64,000 nucleotides of DNA from a bacterium (GTDB lineage Bacteria > Verrucomicrobiota > Kiritimatiellia > CAIKKV01 > CAITUY01): the NCBI GenBank assembly GCA_037132275.1, contig JBAXPK010000007.1, positions 518 through 64,517 on the forward strand, read 5' to 3'. A program made the translations under genes and the position numbers. The notes beneath the pieces were generated by a model. The model had not been told where the DNA came from. It searched no databases and saw nothing but the letters and a program-made list of their open reading frames with translations. Within the stretch, counting starts at the first letter, position 1; every line of letters begins with the position of its first letter. This document shows, one piece after another, positions 8,787 to 17,823 of the stretch.

Positions 8787-9308
8787 ATGGTGAGTAGTAA
8801 GATTCAACCTGCAGTCGTGTGGTTCACCGGATTATCAGGGTCCGGCAAGAGTACCCTTGCTGAGAAGGTGGAGCACGCCCTGAAGATGCGTGGCGTGGAC
8901 ACCGAGATTCTGGATGGCGACCGGGTTCGCGCGGTCTTTCCGAGCATCGGGTTCTCCCTTGAGGAGCGCAACGCGCATATCCGCCGCATGGGCTTCATGG
9001 CGGGTCTCCTTGAGAAACACGGTGTGGTGGTGCTGGCGAGTTTCGTGTCGCCTTATGCAGAGGCCCGCCAGGCGGCGCGGTGGCAATGCCGCAATTTTAT
9101 TGAGGTCTATCTTTCCACCCCCCTCGCCGAATGCGAGCGGCGCGATGTGAAAGGTCTCTACGGCAAGGCGCGCCGGGGCGAGATCTCCAACTTCACCGGA
9201 GTCAGTGATCCGTATGAAGTTCCGGAGAATCCGGATCTGGTTATCGACACCACCGCCATGAGTGTGGAGGAATCTGTTGCCCTGGTTCTGGGGAGATTGC
9301 AGTCATGA
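8787..9308 (+). CDS. cysC: Adenylylsulfate (APS) kinase CysC
   Basis: [56 protein letters not shown]. All canonical APS kinase motifs are retained. Confidence 0.85.
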   Translation: MVSSKIQPAVVWFTGLSGSGKSTLAEKVEHALKMRGVDTEILDGDRVRAVFPSIGFSLEERNAHIRRMGFMAGLLEKHGVVVLASFVSPYAEARQAARWQCRNFIEVYLSTPLAECERRDVKGLYGKARRGEISNFTGVSDPYEVPENPDLVIDTTAMSVEESVALVLGRLQS

Positions 9309-10210
9309 CAATCCATTCCCTGACCCATTTGAAGCAACTGGAAGCCGAGAGCATTCATATCATGCGCGAGGTGGCCGCAGAATTCGAGCGGCCGGTCATG
9401 CTTTACTCGGTCGGGAAAGACTCATCGGTCATGGTGCGGCTGGCCCAGAAGGCCTTTTACCCCGGACGGATTCCCTTTCCACTGATGCATGTGGATACAG
9501 GTTTCAAATTCGGGGAGATGATTGAGTTCCGTGACCGGTTTGTGAAGGAGATCAAGGCGGATCTTATTGTGCATCAGCATGAAAAATCAGCCGACCTGTC
9601 GGTGAATCCCTTTGCCCTCGGAACCCAGAAGTGCTGTGCGATACTTAAGACGCAGGCTCTGGTGGAAGCCATACGCAAACATAAGTTTGACGCCGCTTTC
9701 GGGGGCGCCCGCCGCGAGGAGGAGAAATCGCGGGCCAAGGAGCGGGTGTTCTCCTTTCGGGACGAGCTCGGGCAGTGGGATCCCAAAAACCAGCGTCCGG
9801 AACTGTGGAGCCTCTATAATACCCGGGTCAACACAGGCGAATCCATCCGAGTATTCCCCATCTCCAACTGGACCGAGTTGGATGTCTGGCAATATATCTA
9901 CATGGAAAAGATTCCGGTGGTGCCCATGTACTTTGCGCAGGAGCGCGACATGATTGTGAGGGATGAGCAGTTGATTCCGTTCCAGGAAACCACGCCGCTC
10001 AAACCGGGCGAACACCCCTGCAAAGTGCTGAGTCGATTCCGCACCCTGGGCTGTTATCCCTGTACCGGGGCCATCCGGTCATCGGCGTCAACGGTGGCGG
10101 AAATCATCGAGGAAATGATGGTCGTACGCATCTCCGAACGTTCGACCCGCGTGATTGATCATGACGCCGAGGGCTCGATGGAAATGAAGAAACGGGAAGG
10201 GTATTTCTAG
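9305..10210 (+). CDS. cysD: Sulfate adenylyltransferase subunit 2 CysD
   Basis: [35 protein letters not shown] (PP-loop), [11 protein letters not shown], and the C-terminal KKREGYF typical of CysD. ATGA overlap with cysC. Confidence 0.9.
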   Translation: MTIHSLTHLKQLEAESIHIMREVAAEFERPVMLYSVGKDSSVMVRLAQKAFYPGRIPFPLMHVDTGFKFGEMIEFRDRFVKEIKADLIVHQHEKSADLSVNPFALGTQKCCAILKTQALVEAIRKHKFDAAFGGARREEEKSRAKERVFSFRDELGQWDPKNQRPELWSLYNTRVNTGESIRVFPISNWTELDVWQYIYMEKIPVVPMYFAQERDMIVRDEQLIPFQETTPLKPGEHPCKVLSRFRTLGCYPCTGAIRSSASTVAEIIEEMMVVRISERSTRVIDHDAEGSMEMKKREGYF

Positions 10211-10211
10211 A

Positions 10212-12143
10212 ATGAATGCGATTGAGGCATTTCTGGCGGAGAATGAGAAGAAGGATCTGCTTCGGTTTTCGACGGCGGGCAGCATTGACGACGGCAAGTC
10301 AACCCTGATCGGCCGTTTACTGCACGACTCAAAGAATGTCTACGAGGATACGCTGGCGTCGATCAAAAAGGCGTCTCGTGAAAAAATGTCGGAGGAACAG
10401 ATCGACCTTGCCTTGCTCACTGACGGTCTTAAGGCAGAACGCGAGCAGGGGATCACCATTGACGTCGCCTACCGCTATTTTTCGACACCGCGCCGGAAAT
10501 TCATCATCGCCGACACGCCCGGACACGAGCAATACACCCGGAATATGGCGACCGGCGCCTCGACCGCCAATCTTTCGGTTGTGCTGGTGGATGCGCGTCA
10601 TGGCATCCTTCCCCAGACGCGGCGCCATGCGTTTATCGCCTCCCTGCTGGGGGTGCCGCACATGATTGTGGCCGTGAACAAAATGGATGCCGTGGACTAT
10701 CGGGAAGACGTCTTTCAGGCGATTCGCGACGAGTTCGCTGAGTTTGCCTCGAAGCTGGGCATCAAGGATCTGCGTTTCATTCCGCTGAGTGCCCTCAAGG
10801 GCGATAACGTCGTCCATCGCAGTGGAAACATGACCTGGTACCGGGGCGAAAGCCTGATGGAAATCCTGGAGAACGTCTACATCGGCAGCGACCATAATCT
10901 CGTGGATCTGCGGTTCCCCATCCAATATGTGGTGCGCCCGGATATGGGCTTCCGCGGCTATGCCGGAGTTGTCACCTCCGGTGTCATCCGTCGGGGGGAT
11001 GAGGTGTTGGCGCTCCCTTCGATGAAAGTCAGCCGGGTCAAATCGATTGTCACCTTTGATGGCGACGTGGAAGAGGCCTGTTCGCCCATGTCGGTAACGG
11101 TCACCCTGGAAGACGAGCGTGATATCAGCCGCGGGGAAATGCTGGTCCGTCCGCATAACCTTCCCAAAATGGACCGGCGTTTTGAAGGCATGGTGGTGTG
11201 GATGGGGGATGCCCCAATGGATCTGAATGCCAGCTATTTCATCAAGCACACCACCCGCCTGACCCGGTGCCGGGTGGACGAAATCCGTTACAAGGTGAAT
11301 GTGAACACCCTGGCCAGAGAGGCCATGACGGGACTCGCCTTGAATGACATTGGCCGGGTTGTCTTCACCGCCAATCAACCCCTGTTCAGTGATTCCTACG
11401 AGAAGAACCGGGGAACCGGCTCATTTATCCTGATTGACCCCGTGACCAACGCCACTGCGGCAGCCGGGATGATCATTGATCGCGAACCAGCGGAACAGCT
11501 TGTTTCCCGCATCACCCCCGGGGTAGGGGCGCACACGATGAGCCGGCATGGCCGCCAGATCGAGGCCGGGGAGCGGGTGGCGCGTTATGGGCAGAAGCCG
11601 GCGACCCTGTGGCTGACCGGTCTGGTGGGATCGGGAAAATCAAGTCTGGCTGGCGCGCTAGAGCGGAAGCTTTTCGACTTGGGCGCCGTCAGCGTTGTCC
11701 TCGATGGTTCGAATGTGCGGTCGGGCCTCAACCGTGAACTGGATTTCACGTCCGAGGGGATGGCCGAACATCTCCGCCGCGTCGCTGAGATGGCTCGGCT
11801 CCTGAACGATGCCGGGTTGGTGGTTATATGCGCCTTTGTTTCCCCTCATGAAAAGGTGCGCCGGCAGGTGGCTGAAATTATTGGAATCGACCGGTTTCTG
11901 GAAGTTCACGTGGATGCGCCCCTTGAGTGGTGCCAGGCTCACGACCACACTGGGTTCTATCAGCGGGCCGAGGTAGGCGAGGTGCGCAACGTGGCGGGCA
12001 TCAGTTTTCCTTATGAAGCGCCGACCACGCCCTCGCTCAGGGTGTCGACGCCGGATATGACGCCTGAAGGTGCTGTATCAATCGTCATGAACCTGCTGCG
12101 TAAACAAGGGATATTCCCGGTCGGTGCTCTCTCAAATGAGTGA
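10212..12143 (+). CDS. cysN: Sulfate adenylyltransferase subunit 1 (CysN GTPase) fused to an APS-kinase-like C-terminal domain
   Basis: GTPase motifs [21 protein letters not shown]. The C-terminal domain starts about 11601 ([15 protein letters not shown]) but has LDGSNVR instead of LDGDNVR, plus other substitutions. Confidence 0.85.
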   Translation: MNAIEAFLAENEKKDLLRFSTAGSIDDGKSTLIGRLLHDSKNVYEDTLASIKKASREKMSEEQIDLALLTDGLKAEREQGITIDVAYRYFSTPRRKFIIADTPGHEQYTRNMATGASTANLSVVLVDARHGILPQTRRHAFIASLLGVPHMIVAVNKMDAVDYREDVFQAIRDEFAEFASKLGIKDLRFIPLSALKGDNVVHRSGNMTWYRGESLMEILENVYIGSDHNLVDLRFPIQYVVRPDMGFRGYAGVVTSGVIRRGDEVLALPSMKVSRVKSIVTFDGDVEEACSPMSVTVTLEDERDISRGEMLVRPHNLPKMDRRFEGMVVWMGDAPMDLNASYFIKHTTRLTRCRVDEIRYKVNVNTLAREAMTGLALNDIGRVVFTANQPLFSDSYEKNRGTGSFILIDPVTNATAAAGMIIDREPAEQLVSRITPGVGAHTMSRHGRQIEAGERVARYGQKPATLWLTGLVGSGKSSLAGALERKLFDLGAVSVVLDGSNVRSGLNRELDFTSEGMAEHLRRVAEMARLLNDAGLVVICAFVSPHEKVRRQVAEIIGIDRFLEVHVDAPLEWCQAHDHTGFYQRAEVGEVRNVAGISFPYEAPTTPSLRVSTPDMTPEGAVSIVMNLLRKQGIFPVGALSNE

Positions 12144-12176
12144 AGTTAATACTTTGCTGGCAGGGGTGATGCCTAA

Positions 12177-12590
12177 TTGAAGATTCCAAACAGCGTGGAA
12201 CGCGTTCTTAAATTTGGCGTGGTCGGGGTCTTGACCTTCGCGCTGGATCTTATTCTTCTTTATGTTTGTATCGACTGGTTGGAATGGAATTACATTATCG
12301 CGACGGGAATCGCGTTCACAATGGCCGTTTCTGTAAACTATTATGGCGACCGGCGCTGGGTGTTCAAAGGCACTCTCAGGTCCATCCGGGCGGGGTATGT
12401 TATTTTCATGGTCATCGGATGCGTGGGCGCGGCCATTGCCATGGTCGGCATGTCCGTCCTCGTGGGGGTTTTCCACATTCATTATTTTGCATCGCGCATC
12501 GCCATTGCGAGCCTGGTGGGCCTGTGGAACTATTTCATGAACCTCTATGTAAACTTTCAGGTGACAGGCAAGCACGGGGAGGCTTCCTGA
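12177..12590 (+). CDS. GtrA-family membrane protein
   Basis: 137 aa with 4 TM segments. FGVVGVLTFALDLILLYV...NYYGDRRWVFK matches the GtrA-like pattern. The TTG start is uncertain. Confidence 0.6.
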   Translation: MKIPNSVERVLKFGVVGVLTFALDLILLYVCIDWLEWNYIIATGIAFTMAVSVNYYGDRRWVFKGTLRSIRAGYVIFMVIGCVGAAIAMVGMSVLVGVFHIHYFASRIAIASLVGLWNYFMNLYVNFQVTGKHGEAS

Positions 12591-12636
12591 ATCTGTTTCC
12601 CGTCCCCGCAGCCCGGGTGTGCCGGCTTGCGAGCAT

Positions 12637-12679
12637 CTAACGTGAGCGTTGTTGTTTCCTAACATAGGGTGTCTATCGT
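12637..12679 (+). promoter_or_regulatory. Promoter-like element: CTAAC-N17-CTAAC-N10-TATCGT
   Basis: CATCTAACG (12634-12642), N10, TGTTTCCTAACA (12653-12664), then TATCGT at 12674-12679. It lies 28 nt upstream of ATG 12707, which has an AAGGAGG RBS. Confidence 0.45.
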
Positions 12680-12706
12680 CTTTCCAAGTTAAGGAGGAAT
12701 GACGAT

Positions 12707-12895
12707 ATGAAATGTTTAAAATGCAACGACGAAGTAGATATTAAGAAGAACGAAATCCCGCCACGTTGGTACGGGCATTACGAGAACGCGAAACTCGCGA
12801 AGCTCATGTGCGTGGAATGCCTTGTGACCCATAAAGAGATATGGGATTTGGTACGGACGGGGTGTGGGGGTGGTAAGCAAGCCCTTTCGGCTTGA
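12707..12895 (+). CDS. Small zinc-ribbon protein (two CxxC pairs)
   Basis: 62 aa with CLKC...CVEC. Strong RBS aaggagg 8 nt upstream. Locally AT-rich codons. Short hairpin caagcc/ggcttg over the stop codon. Confidence 0.5.
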   Translation: MKCLKCNDEVDIKKNEIPPRWYGHYENAKLAKLMCVECLVTHKEIWDLVRTGCGGGKQALSA

Positions 12896-12924
12896 CTGTT
12901 CTCGTCCACCCTGCTGACGAACAT

Positions 12925-12967
12925 CTAACGAGCGGGTCGCTGTTTCCTAACAGGGTTGGCTTATGAT
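12925..12967 (+). promoter_or_regulatory. Promoter-like element, twin of 12637..12679
   Basis: CATCTAACG (12922-12930), N10, TGTTTCCTAACA (12941-12952), then TATGAT at 12962-12967. Identical spacing to the first copy. Confidence 0.45.
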
Positions 12968-13003
12968 GTGGTTTTTGATCGTTTACAAACGGAGCAACAT
13001 ATC

Positions 13004-13330
13004 ATGGCAAAGAAGGCAGTGAAAAGCGCGGTGACGACGCGTGCAACGGTAAAACCGCAACTACCCCGGCGTAAGCGGGTAACATTCCGGTTTCAGGCGA
13101 AAGAAGGAGCCGATGTGCGTGTGGCGGGGAGTTTTAACAACTGGGATCCCAAGGCCCGGCTCCTGAACCCGGCGAAGGGAAACGGCGAGTACGCCAGTGC
13201 GATTCTGCTTCCGGCGGGACGTCACGAATACAAGTTCATCGTGGATGGCCAATGGCTTGGTGATCCGGTCTGTGCTGAGAAGGTTCCGGACGGGCACGGC
13301 GCGATGAATAGCGTGGTTGTGGTCGAGTAG
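13004..13330 (+). CDS. Small CBM48 / AMPK-beta-type glycogen-binding-domain protein
   Basis: VTFRFQAKEGADVRVAGSFNNWDP...YKFIVDGQWLGDP is the classic CBM48 pattern. ATG 13004 has GGAG 8 nt upstream. The track start at 12956 lies upstream of the predicted -10. Confidence 0.7.
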   Translation: MAKKAVKSAVTTRATVKPQLPRRKRVTFRFQAKEGADVRVAGSFNNWDPKARLLNPAKGNGEYASAILLPAGRHEYKFIVDGQWLGDPVCAEKVPDGHGAMNSVVVVE

Positions 13331-13379
13331 GTGGGTGCGGTATCGCCCCGGGTACTCCGATAACGGGGCAACCAAAACG

Positions 13380-14318
13380 ATGACACGATTTCCTGGCGTA
13401 TTATTGTTGTCTTTCCTGGGCATGACGGCTACCGCCCTGGCCGGTGCCGACACAAATTTTTTCTCTGAGGTCGCCGGGCGATTTCACCCGTCCAAGCCGT
13501 CTGCGGTCATGAATTACGACGTGAGCTACGCTCTGATGAGTATTCGTCTCAAGCGCGTCGCCAGCGCCACGATGACCGCCACCGAGGGGGTGTGGTGCGG
13601 TAGCGTCTCCAACTCGTCGAGCCCCGCCTGCATGATCGATTTTTTTGTCGCCACGCCCCGGGGCGACGAGGGCGAGATGAGTCTATATAAGCGCACGGTC
13701 TCCGTGCTGACCCTACCGGATTTGAAACTCATTACGTATGTGAAGCAAAACGATGAATTCATCAAGCCGTTCTTCGGGAAAGGGCGGCGGATGAAATATA
13801 CCGAGGAGTATAACTTCGAGCCCGCCGCTATGACCTACCGCCGCCACGATTTTGTGACCGGCACGGTGGAAACGAATCTCCAGGGCATGGCCGACCTGGC
13901 TAGGCAGAGCACGGAAGTCGCCGATGTGATCCGTGCCTTGTATGCGTCCTACCAGGGGGCCCCGGCGGTCGGTCGGCCTGTGGCGGACAAGATTCATTTT
14001 AACGTGGATGGCGCCGTCCGGACGTTCGATCTCAAGATGAAGAAGGGACGGATATCAGTCCCTGTTCTGTCTCGGAAACTCATGGCGTTGTATGCCGACA
14101 TCCAGCCGGGGGCGGGATGTACCGACCGGAATGAAAGCTTTTCCATGTGGTGCGTGCCGTTCAAGGAACTCTCTCGTGAAACGAATGATCCGAAACTGCA
14201 GCAACTTGCCGAAACGAGTCTGGAGTGCTCCATGGTGCCCTTATCAGGAGAGTACGCTTTGTTCCTGGGCAGTTTGCAGTGCACGCTCGCCACCATTGGC
14301 ACCCATTCCTGGGATTAA
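13380..14318 (+). CDS. Hypothetical secreted protein
   Basis: Signal peptide MTRFPGVLLLSFLGMTATALAGA from ATG 13380. No family confidently recognised; any DUF3108 resemblance is weak. Confidence 0.45.
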   Translation: MTRFPGVLLLSFLGMTATALAGADTNFFSEVAGRFHPSKPSAVMNYDVSYALMSIRLKRVASATMTATEGVWCGSVSNSSSPACMIDFFVATPRGDEGEMSLYKRTVSVLTLPDLKLITYVKQNDEFIKPFFGKGRRMKYTEEYNFEPAAMTYRRHDFVTGTVETNLQGMADLARQSTEVADVIRALYASYQGAPAVGRPVADKIHFNVDGAVRTFDLKMKKGRISVPVLSRKLMALYADIQPGAGCTDRNESFSMWCVPFKELSRETNDPKLQQLAETSLECSMVPLSGEYALFLGSLQCTLATIGTHSWD

Positions 14319-14378
14319 GCTCAACCCTAGGGGCCGGGCGCGATGCCGGGGCAGTACTGACTAGACCCCAATGAAATC

Positions 14379-14421
14379 CTAATGGTTGTCAAACATTGCT
14401 CTAACGATTGAATGTTATAAT
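14379..14421 (+). promoter_or_regulatory. Promoter-like element: CTAAT-N17-CTAAC-N10-TATAAT
   Basis: CTAAT at 14379, CTAAC at 14401, perfect TATAAT at 14416-14421. The ATG at 14432 is 11 nt after the hexamer and has no SD, so the mRNA is probably leaderless or nearly so. Confidence 0.5.
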
Positions 14422-14431
14422 TCACATCCAT

Positions 14432-16810
14432 ATGGAATCAGCTACGGGTACAATGACAGGCGGCGATGATCTGGCAAGGCTCCGCAGCCTGTTGCAGATG
14501 GGTGAAGGCGGTGACCGCCTGGCTGAGGCGCTGCCATTCGGCATTGGCGATGCGACGGCAGGCGCCGAGAACGAACTGCAGACGGTGGTAACTGGTCCTC
14601 GCGAACAGGTAGATCTGGCCCGTGCGGTGGAGGAATCGAGCTACTTCAAGAACCTCATGCGGCGCGCCGCCGTGGGGGAAGCCTCCAAGAGCCTGGTTCG
14701 GGACATTAAGGATTTCCTGGCGGACAACCGGGAGTCGGCTTGGGAGAACAGTTGGGTGTACTTCCCGGCAGACCTCATGACGCCTTATGCGCAGTCCGTG
14801 TTCGAGGGGGATCTGTATGCCGACAAACAGGCGCCGGGCGTCCGCCGATCAGATGCAGGCCGTTTTGAGATTCAACGCAACGGGATCCGTTGCGTTCGCA
14901 TTCCCGTAAGTTATCTCCTGAAGCTGGCACTGGCCGATGCCATCAGCTTCGGTCGGGAACCGCACCCGGTGGTTCGCAGCACAGGCGAGAGGCTGATGCG
15001 TCATTTCCTCAACGACAACACCTCTCCCGAGACGCTGTCGTTCCACACAGTGGGTTCATCGTCCGAGCCGGGATTGGGCCGTGCGCTGGCAGAGGAGACG
15101 CTGAGGCGTTTTCTGCTGGTGCAGTTTCTGACCATGTACGCGAACGAGAAGTTCGAGCTGCGCGCAAGGGGGCAGCAGACGCTGGTCTGCCTCGCGCCGC
15201 ACACCCCCCGGCGCCAGAAGCAGTTGAATGAAATGGTGGCGGACTCGTTCTATCGCGACCTCTTCATGAGTCCATGCCTGTCAGGGTGGGATCGCGGGGA
15301 GGACAAGTACCATTATATGATCCTGTGCCACGAGGTGCTTTCGCGCAGCCGGCTCAACACCATGGCAAAGCTGCGCGAGTGTGGCATTCTTTCACGGGAT
15401 TTGGTGACCCTGCCGACGGTGTCCAACACGAGCCTGGCCAACAACGGCACGCATATCACCCTGGGCAGCCGCCGCCTTACCGCCTTGATGGCCCCCGGCG
15501 GGGGCAATGGGTTCACGGCGCAGGACGAAAAACGGACGGGCGACCTCGTTGTAAAGATTGTTGAACATTTTCTCCCCCTCTTTGTCGGGACTTACACAGC
15601 GGCGCCGCACCGGTTGGATTTTCGCGACTTTCATCCGGAGTCAGTGTTGGGATTTCTGCCGCACGAACTCGACTTCACCCATTTGCGCATGTTGTGGCGG
15701 CGCTGGCAGGGCAAGGCCGATCTCAAATGCCTGGGGGTCACGCTGACGCCCTTCGGGCCGCGTGCGCTGGATCGTTTCCTGGCCACGGTGCTCGGGTTAC
15801 GCGGCGACTGGGTGCCGGATCAGCGCCTGATTGACTACCTTGTCTCGCCCCTGAGCACGGACCACAGTCCGGCCCTTGACGGGACGATAGGCAATGATGA
15901 GCGGCTCAAGCGGGATCTGGCCCAGATGGGTGTGTTTGACCCACGGATGTCTTTCTACTCCCTGTATCGCCAGCGGATTTTCTCCAAGATGGGATTCTGC
16001 GGGTTTGAGGGGCGCCACTACAGCCAGTTCGCGAGCATCACCCGGGACATGGCTGCGGCCACCGATATGCAGCGGCTGGTTACCGCGTTGGCCTACCAGT
16101 ATGTGTTGACTGGCGCCGTGACCCATGTAGACATCCCGGACACGCCTGAAGTCGAGAGCGAACGGCGCCAGGTCTTTTTCGGGACGGCCATCGGTATCCC
16201 GACGTTTTTTGTCAGAACTCAGACCTCGAACCGGTTTCTCCAGCATATCCTGGGACGAGCGGCACGAACCCGTGATAGTCACCGGTATTCGGGGCGCACC
16301 CGCGTTTATAACGACGAATACCGCCGGGCACTAGTGGCAACCCTGGAACATGACGGTGCGGGGCTGATCGAATCCCTCGGGCTCGGTGAGACCGTGAGCG
16401 ACCTGAAGCGGAGAATCGAGCCGGCCGGAAAAGGATCGGCGCTGGACGCCCTCCTCACGGGAATTCTGGACGAGGCGGGAACCTCATCACCGCTGAAAGC
16501 GTCCGCAGGGACATTCAACGAGGCGGCGGAACGCTACTACCGGGACACCCTGCTGAAGAATTTTGTGGCTGAAGCGCTTGATTTGTTCGCCCGCGACCTG
16601 AAGGAACTCGCAAGCCGCTCGTCTGGCGGTGGGGAGGAGGCGAAGGCCCTATTGTCGGCGCTAAACGGGGAGGATCCGACTTCCTTCCTGGAGGCGGTAC
16701 GGGGCACGGTGCTGGAAGGGAAAGTCTCCCAGTCCGTTCTGGTCAAGCTCATCAGCCTCGTACTGCTGGTCATCCGCCACCACTGTGAAGAGAACGGAGG
16801 CAAACCATGA
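14432..16810 (+). CDS. Large conserved-looking hypothetical protein (793 aa), family not recognised
   Basis: Long uninterrupted ORF with even, cytoplasmic-type composition and no TM or signal peptide. Its stop overlaps the next start (ATGA at 16807-16810). The track start TTG 14408 lies inside the predicted promoter. Confidence 0.6.
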   Translation: MESATGTMTGGDDLARLRSLLQMGEGGDRLAEALPFGIGDATAGAENELQTVVTGPREQVDLARAVEESSYFKNLMRRAAVGEASKSLVRDIKDFLADNRESAWENSWVYFPADLMTPYAQSVFEGDLYADKQAPGVRRSDAGRFEIQRNGIRCVRIPVSYLLKLALADAISFGREPHPVVRSTGERLMRHFLNDNTSPETLSFHTVGSSSEPGLGRALAEETLRRFLLVQFLTMYANEKFELRARGQQTLVCLAPHTPRRQKQLNEMVADSFYRDLFMSPCLSGWDRGEDKYHYMILCHEVLSRSRLNTMAKLRECGILSRDLVTLPTVSNTSLANNGTHITLGSRRLTALMAPGGGNGFTAQDEKRTGDLVVKIVEHFLPLFVGTYTAAPHRLDFRDFHPESVLGFLPHELDFTHLRMLWRRWQGKADLKCLGVTLTPFGPRALDRFLATVLGLRGDWVPDQRLIDYLVSPLSTDHSPALDGTIGNDERLKRDLAQMGVFDPRMSFYSLYRQRIFSKMGFCGFEGRHYSQFASITRDMAAATDMQRLVTALAYQYVLTGAVTHVDIPDTPEVESERRQVFFGTAIGIPTFFVRTQTSNRFLQHILGRAARTRDSHRYSGRTRVYNDEYRRALVATLEHDGAGLIESLGLGETVSDLKRRIEPAGKGSALDALLTGILDEAGTSSPLKASAGTFNEAAERYYRDTLLKNFVAEALDLFARDLKELASRSSGGGEEAKALLSALNGEDPTSFLEAVRGTVLEGKVSQSVLVKLISLVLLVIRHHCEENGGKP

Positions 16811-17823
16811 TGGCACACCAGTATGTGGAACGGCGGAGTGCGTGCGCCGTCGGCGAGACGTTTTTTGGCGACCCGGTTGTCTCTTTTTTGTATTCACGGA
16901 TCCGTGAGGAGTCAGGGTGGTTGTACCGGGCGCTGACCTCATCCCGGCTGACCAACCTGCTGGGGATATTGCAGTTCGATGTCCGTCCCCGCGATCCCGC
17001 CCGTATGCGTTGGCGGCTGGCATCGGCGTGTGGAGTGGACTTTTCGGAATGTGCCGACCCGTTGGAGACTCTCGATACGGCGCGCAAGGTCTTTGAGCGC
17101 AAGATTCGCTATTGGGAGTGCAGGCCCATGGATCCCGATCCCGGGGCGATCGTATCCCCTTCGGATGCCCGTCTCTTGGTGGGTTCGTTCCAAAAGGTTT
17201 CCGGTTTGTTGCTCAAAGAAAAATTCTTCCGCTTCGAGGAATTGTTGGGCGATGATAAACTCGGCTGGCAGGAATCGTTCCGCGGCGGGGATTATGCCGT
17301 GTTACGACTGACGCCCGACAAGTACCATCGCAACCATGCGCCCGTGACCGGGGTGGTGAGGGATATCTACGAAGTGGACGGGGTCTTCCAGTCCTGCCAC
17401 CCCGCTGTCGTCATTGCCCAGGCCACGCCCTATTCCAAGAACCGGCGGACGGTTACGATCATTGACACCGATGTGCCGGGCGGAACACAAGCCGGGCTGG
17501 TGGCGATGGTCGAGGTGGTGGCGCTGATGATTGGCGAGATTGTGCAGTATTACTGTCAGGAGCGATACGATGCCCCCTTGGCAGTGTATAAAGGATTGCA
17601 CCTCTTGCGAGGATGCCCAAAGAGTCTGTTCCGCCCCGGCAGTTCCACGGTTGTGCTGGTGTTTCAACCGGGGCGCATCCGGTTTAGCGAGGATCTTGTG
17701 GCAAACCTCCGGCGTACCGATGTGAGGAGTTGTTACAGCGATGGAGAAGGAGGCGCCGTGGTGGAAACCGATGTGGCAGTCAGGTCAACCATTGCCCGCG
17801 TCGTTCCGGGAGGCCAGGCATGA
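16807..17823 (+). CDS. psd: Phosphatidylserine decarboxylase-family protein
   Basis: LRLTPDKYHRNHAPVTGVV and the self-cleavage-type motif FRPGSSTVVLVF (compare the canonical LGST). Confidence 0.7.
   Translation: MMAHQYVERRSACAVGETFFGDPVVSFLYSRIREESGWLYRALTSSRLTNLLGILQFDVRPRDPARMRWRLASACGVDFSECADPLETLDTARKVFERKIRYWECRPMDPDPGAIVSPSDARLLVGSFQKVSGLLLKEKFFRFEELLGDDKLGWQESFRGGDYAVLRLTPDKYHRNHAPVTGVVRDIYEVDGVFQSCHPAVVIAQATPYSKNRRTVTIIDTDVPGGTQAGLVAMVEVVALMIGEIVQYYCQERYDAPLAVYKGLHLLRGCPKSLFRPGSSTVVLVFQPGRIRFSEDLVANLRRTDVRSCYSDGEGGAVVETDVAVRSTIARVVPGGQA

Noticed and set aside
10329-11378. 349-aa ORF antisense to cysN. Similar long antisense ORFs occur at 21476-22213, 25344-26429, 29334-30134, 42996-43850, 44900-45685, 47104-47748 and 58617-59513.
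   Set aside because: Each lies opposite a gene with clear family motifs. They have Arg/Gly/His/Pro-rich low-complexity composition typical of shadow ORFs in high-GC DNA, and no RBS or recognisable domains.
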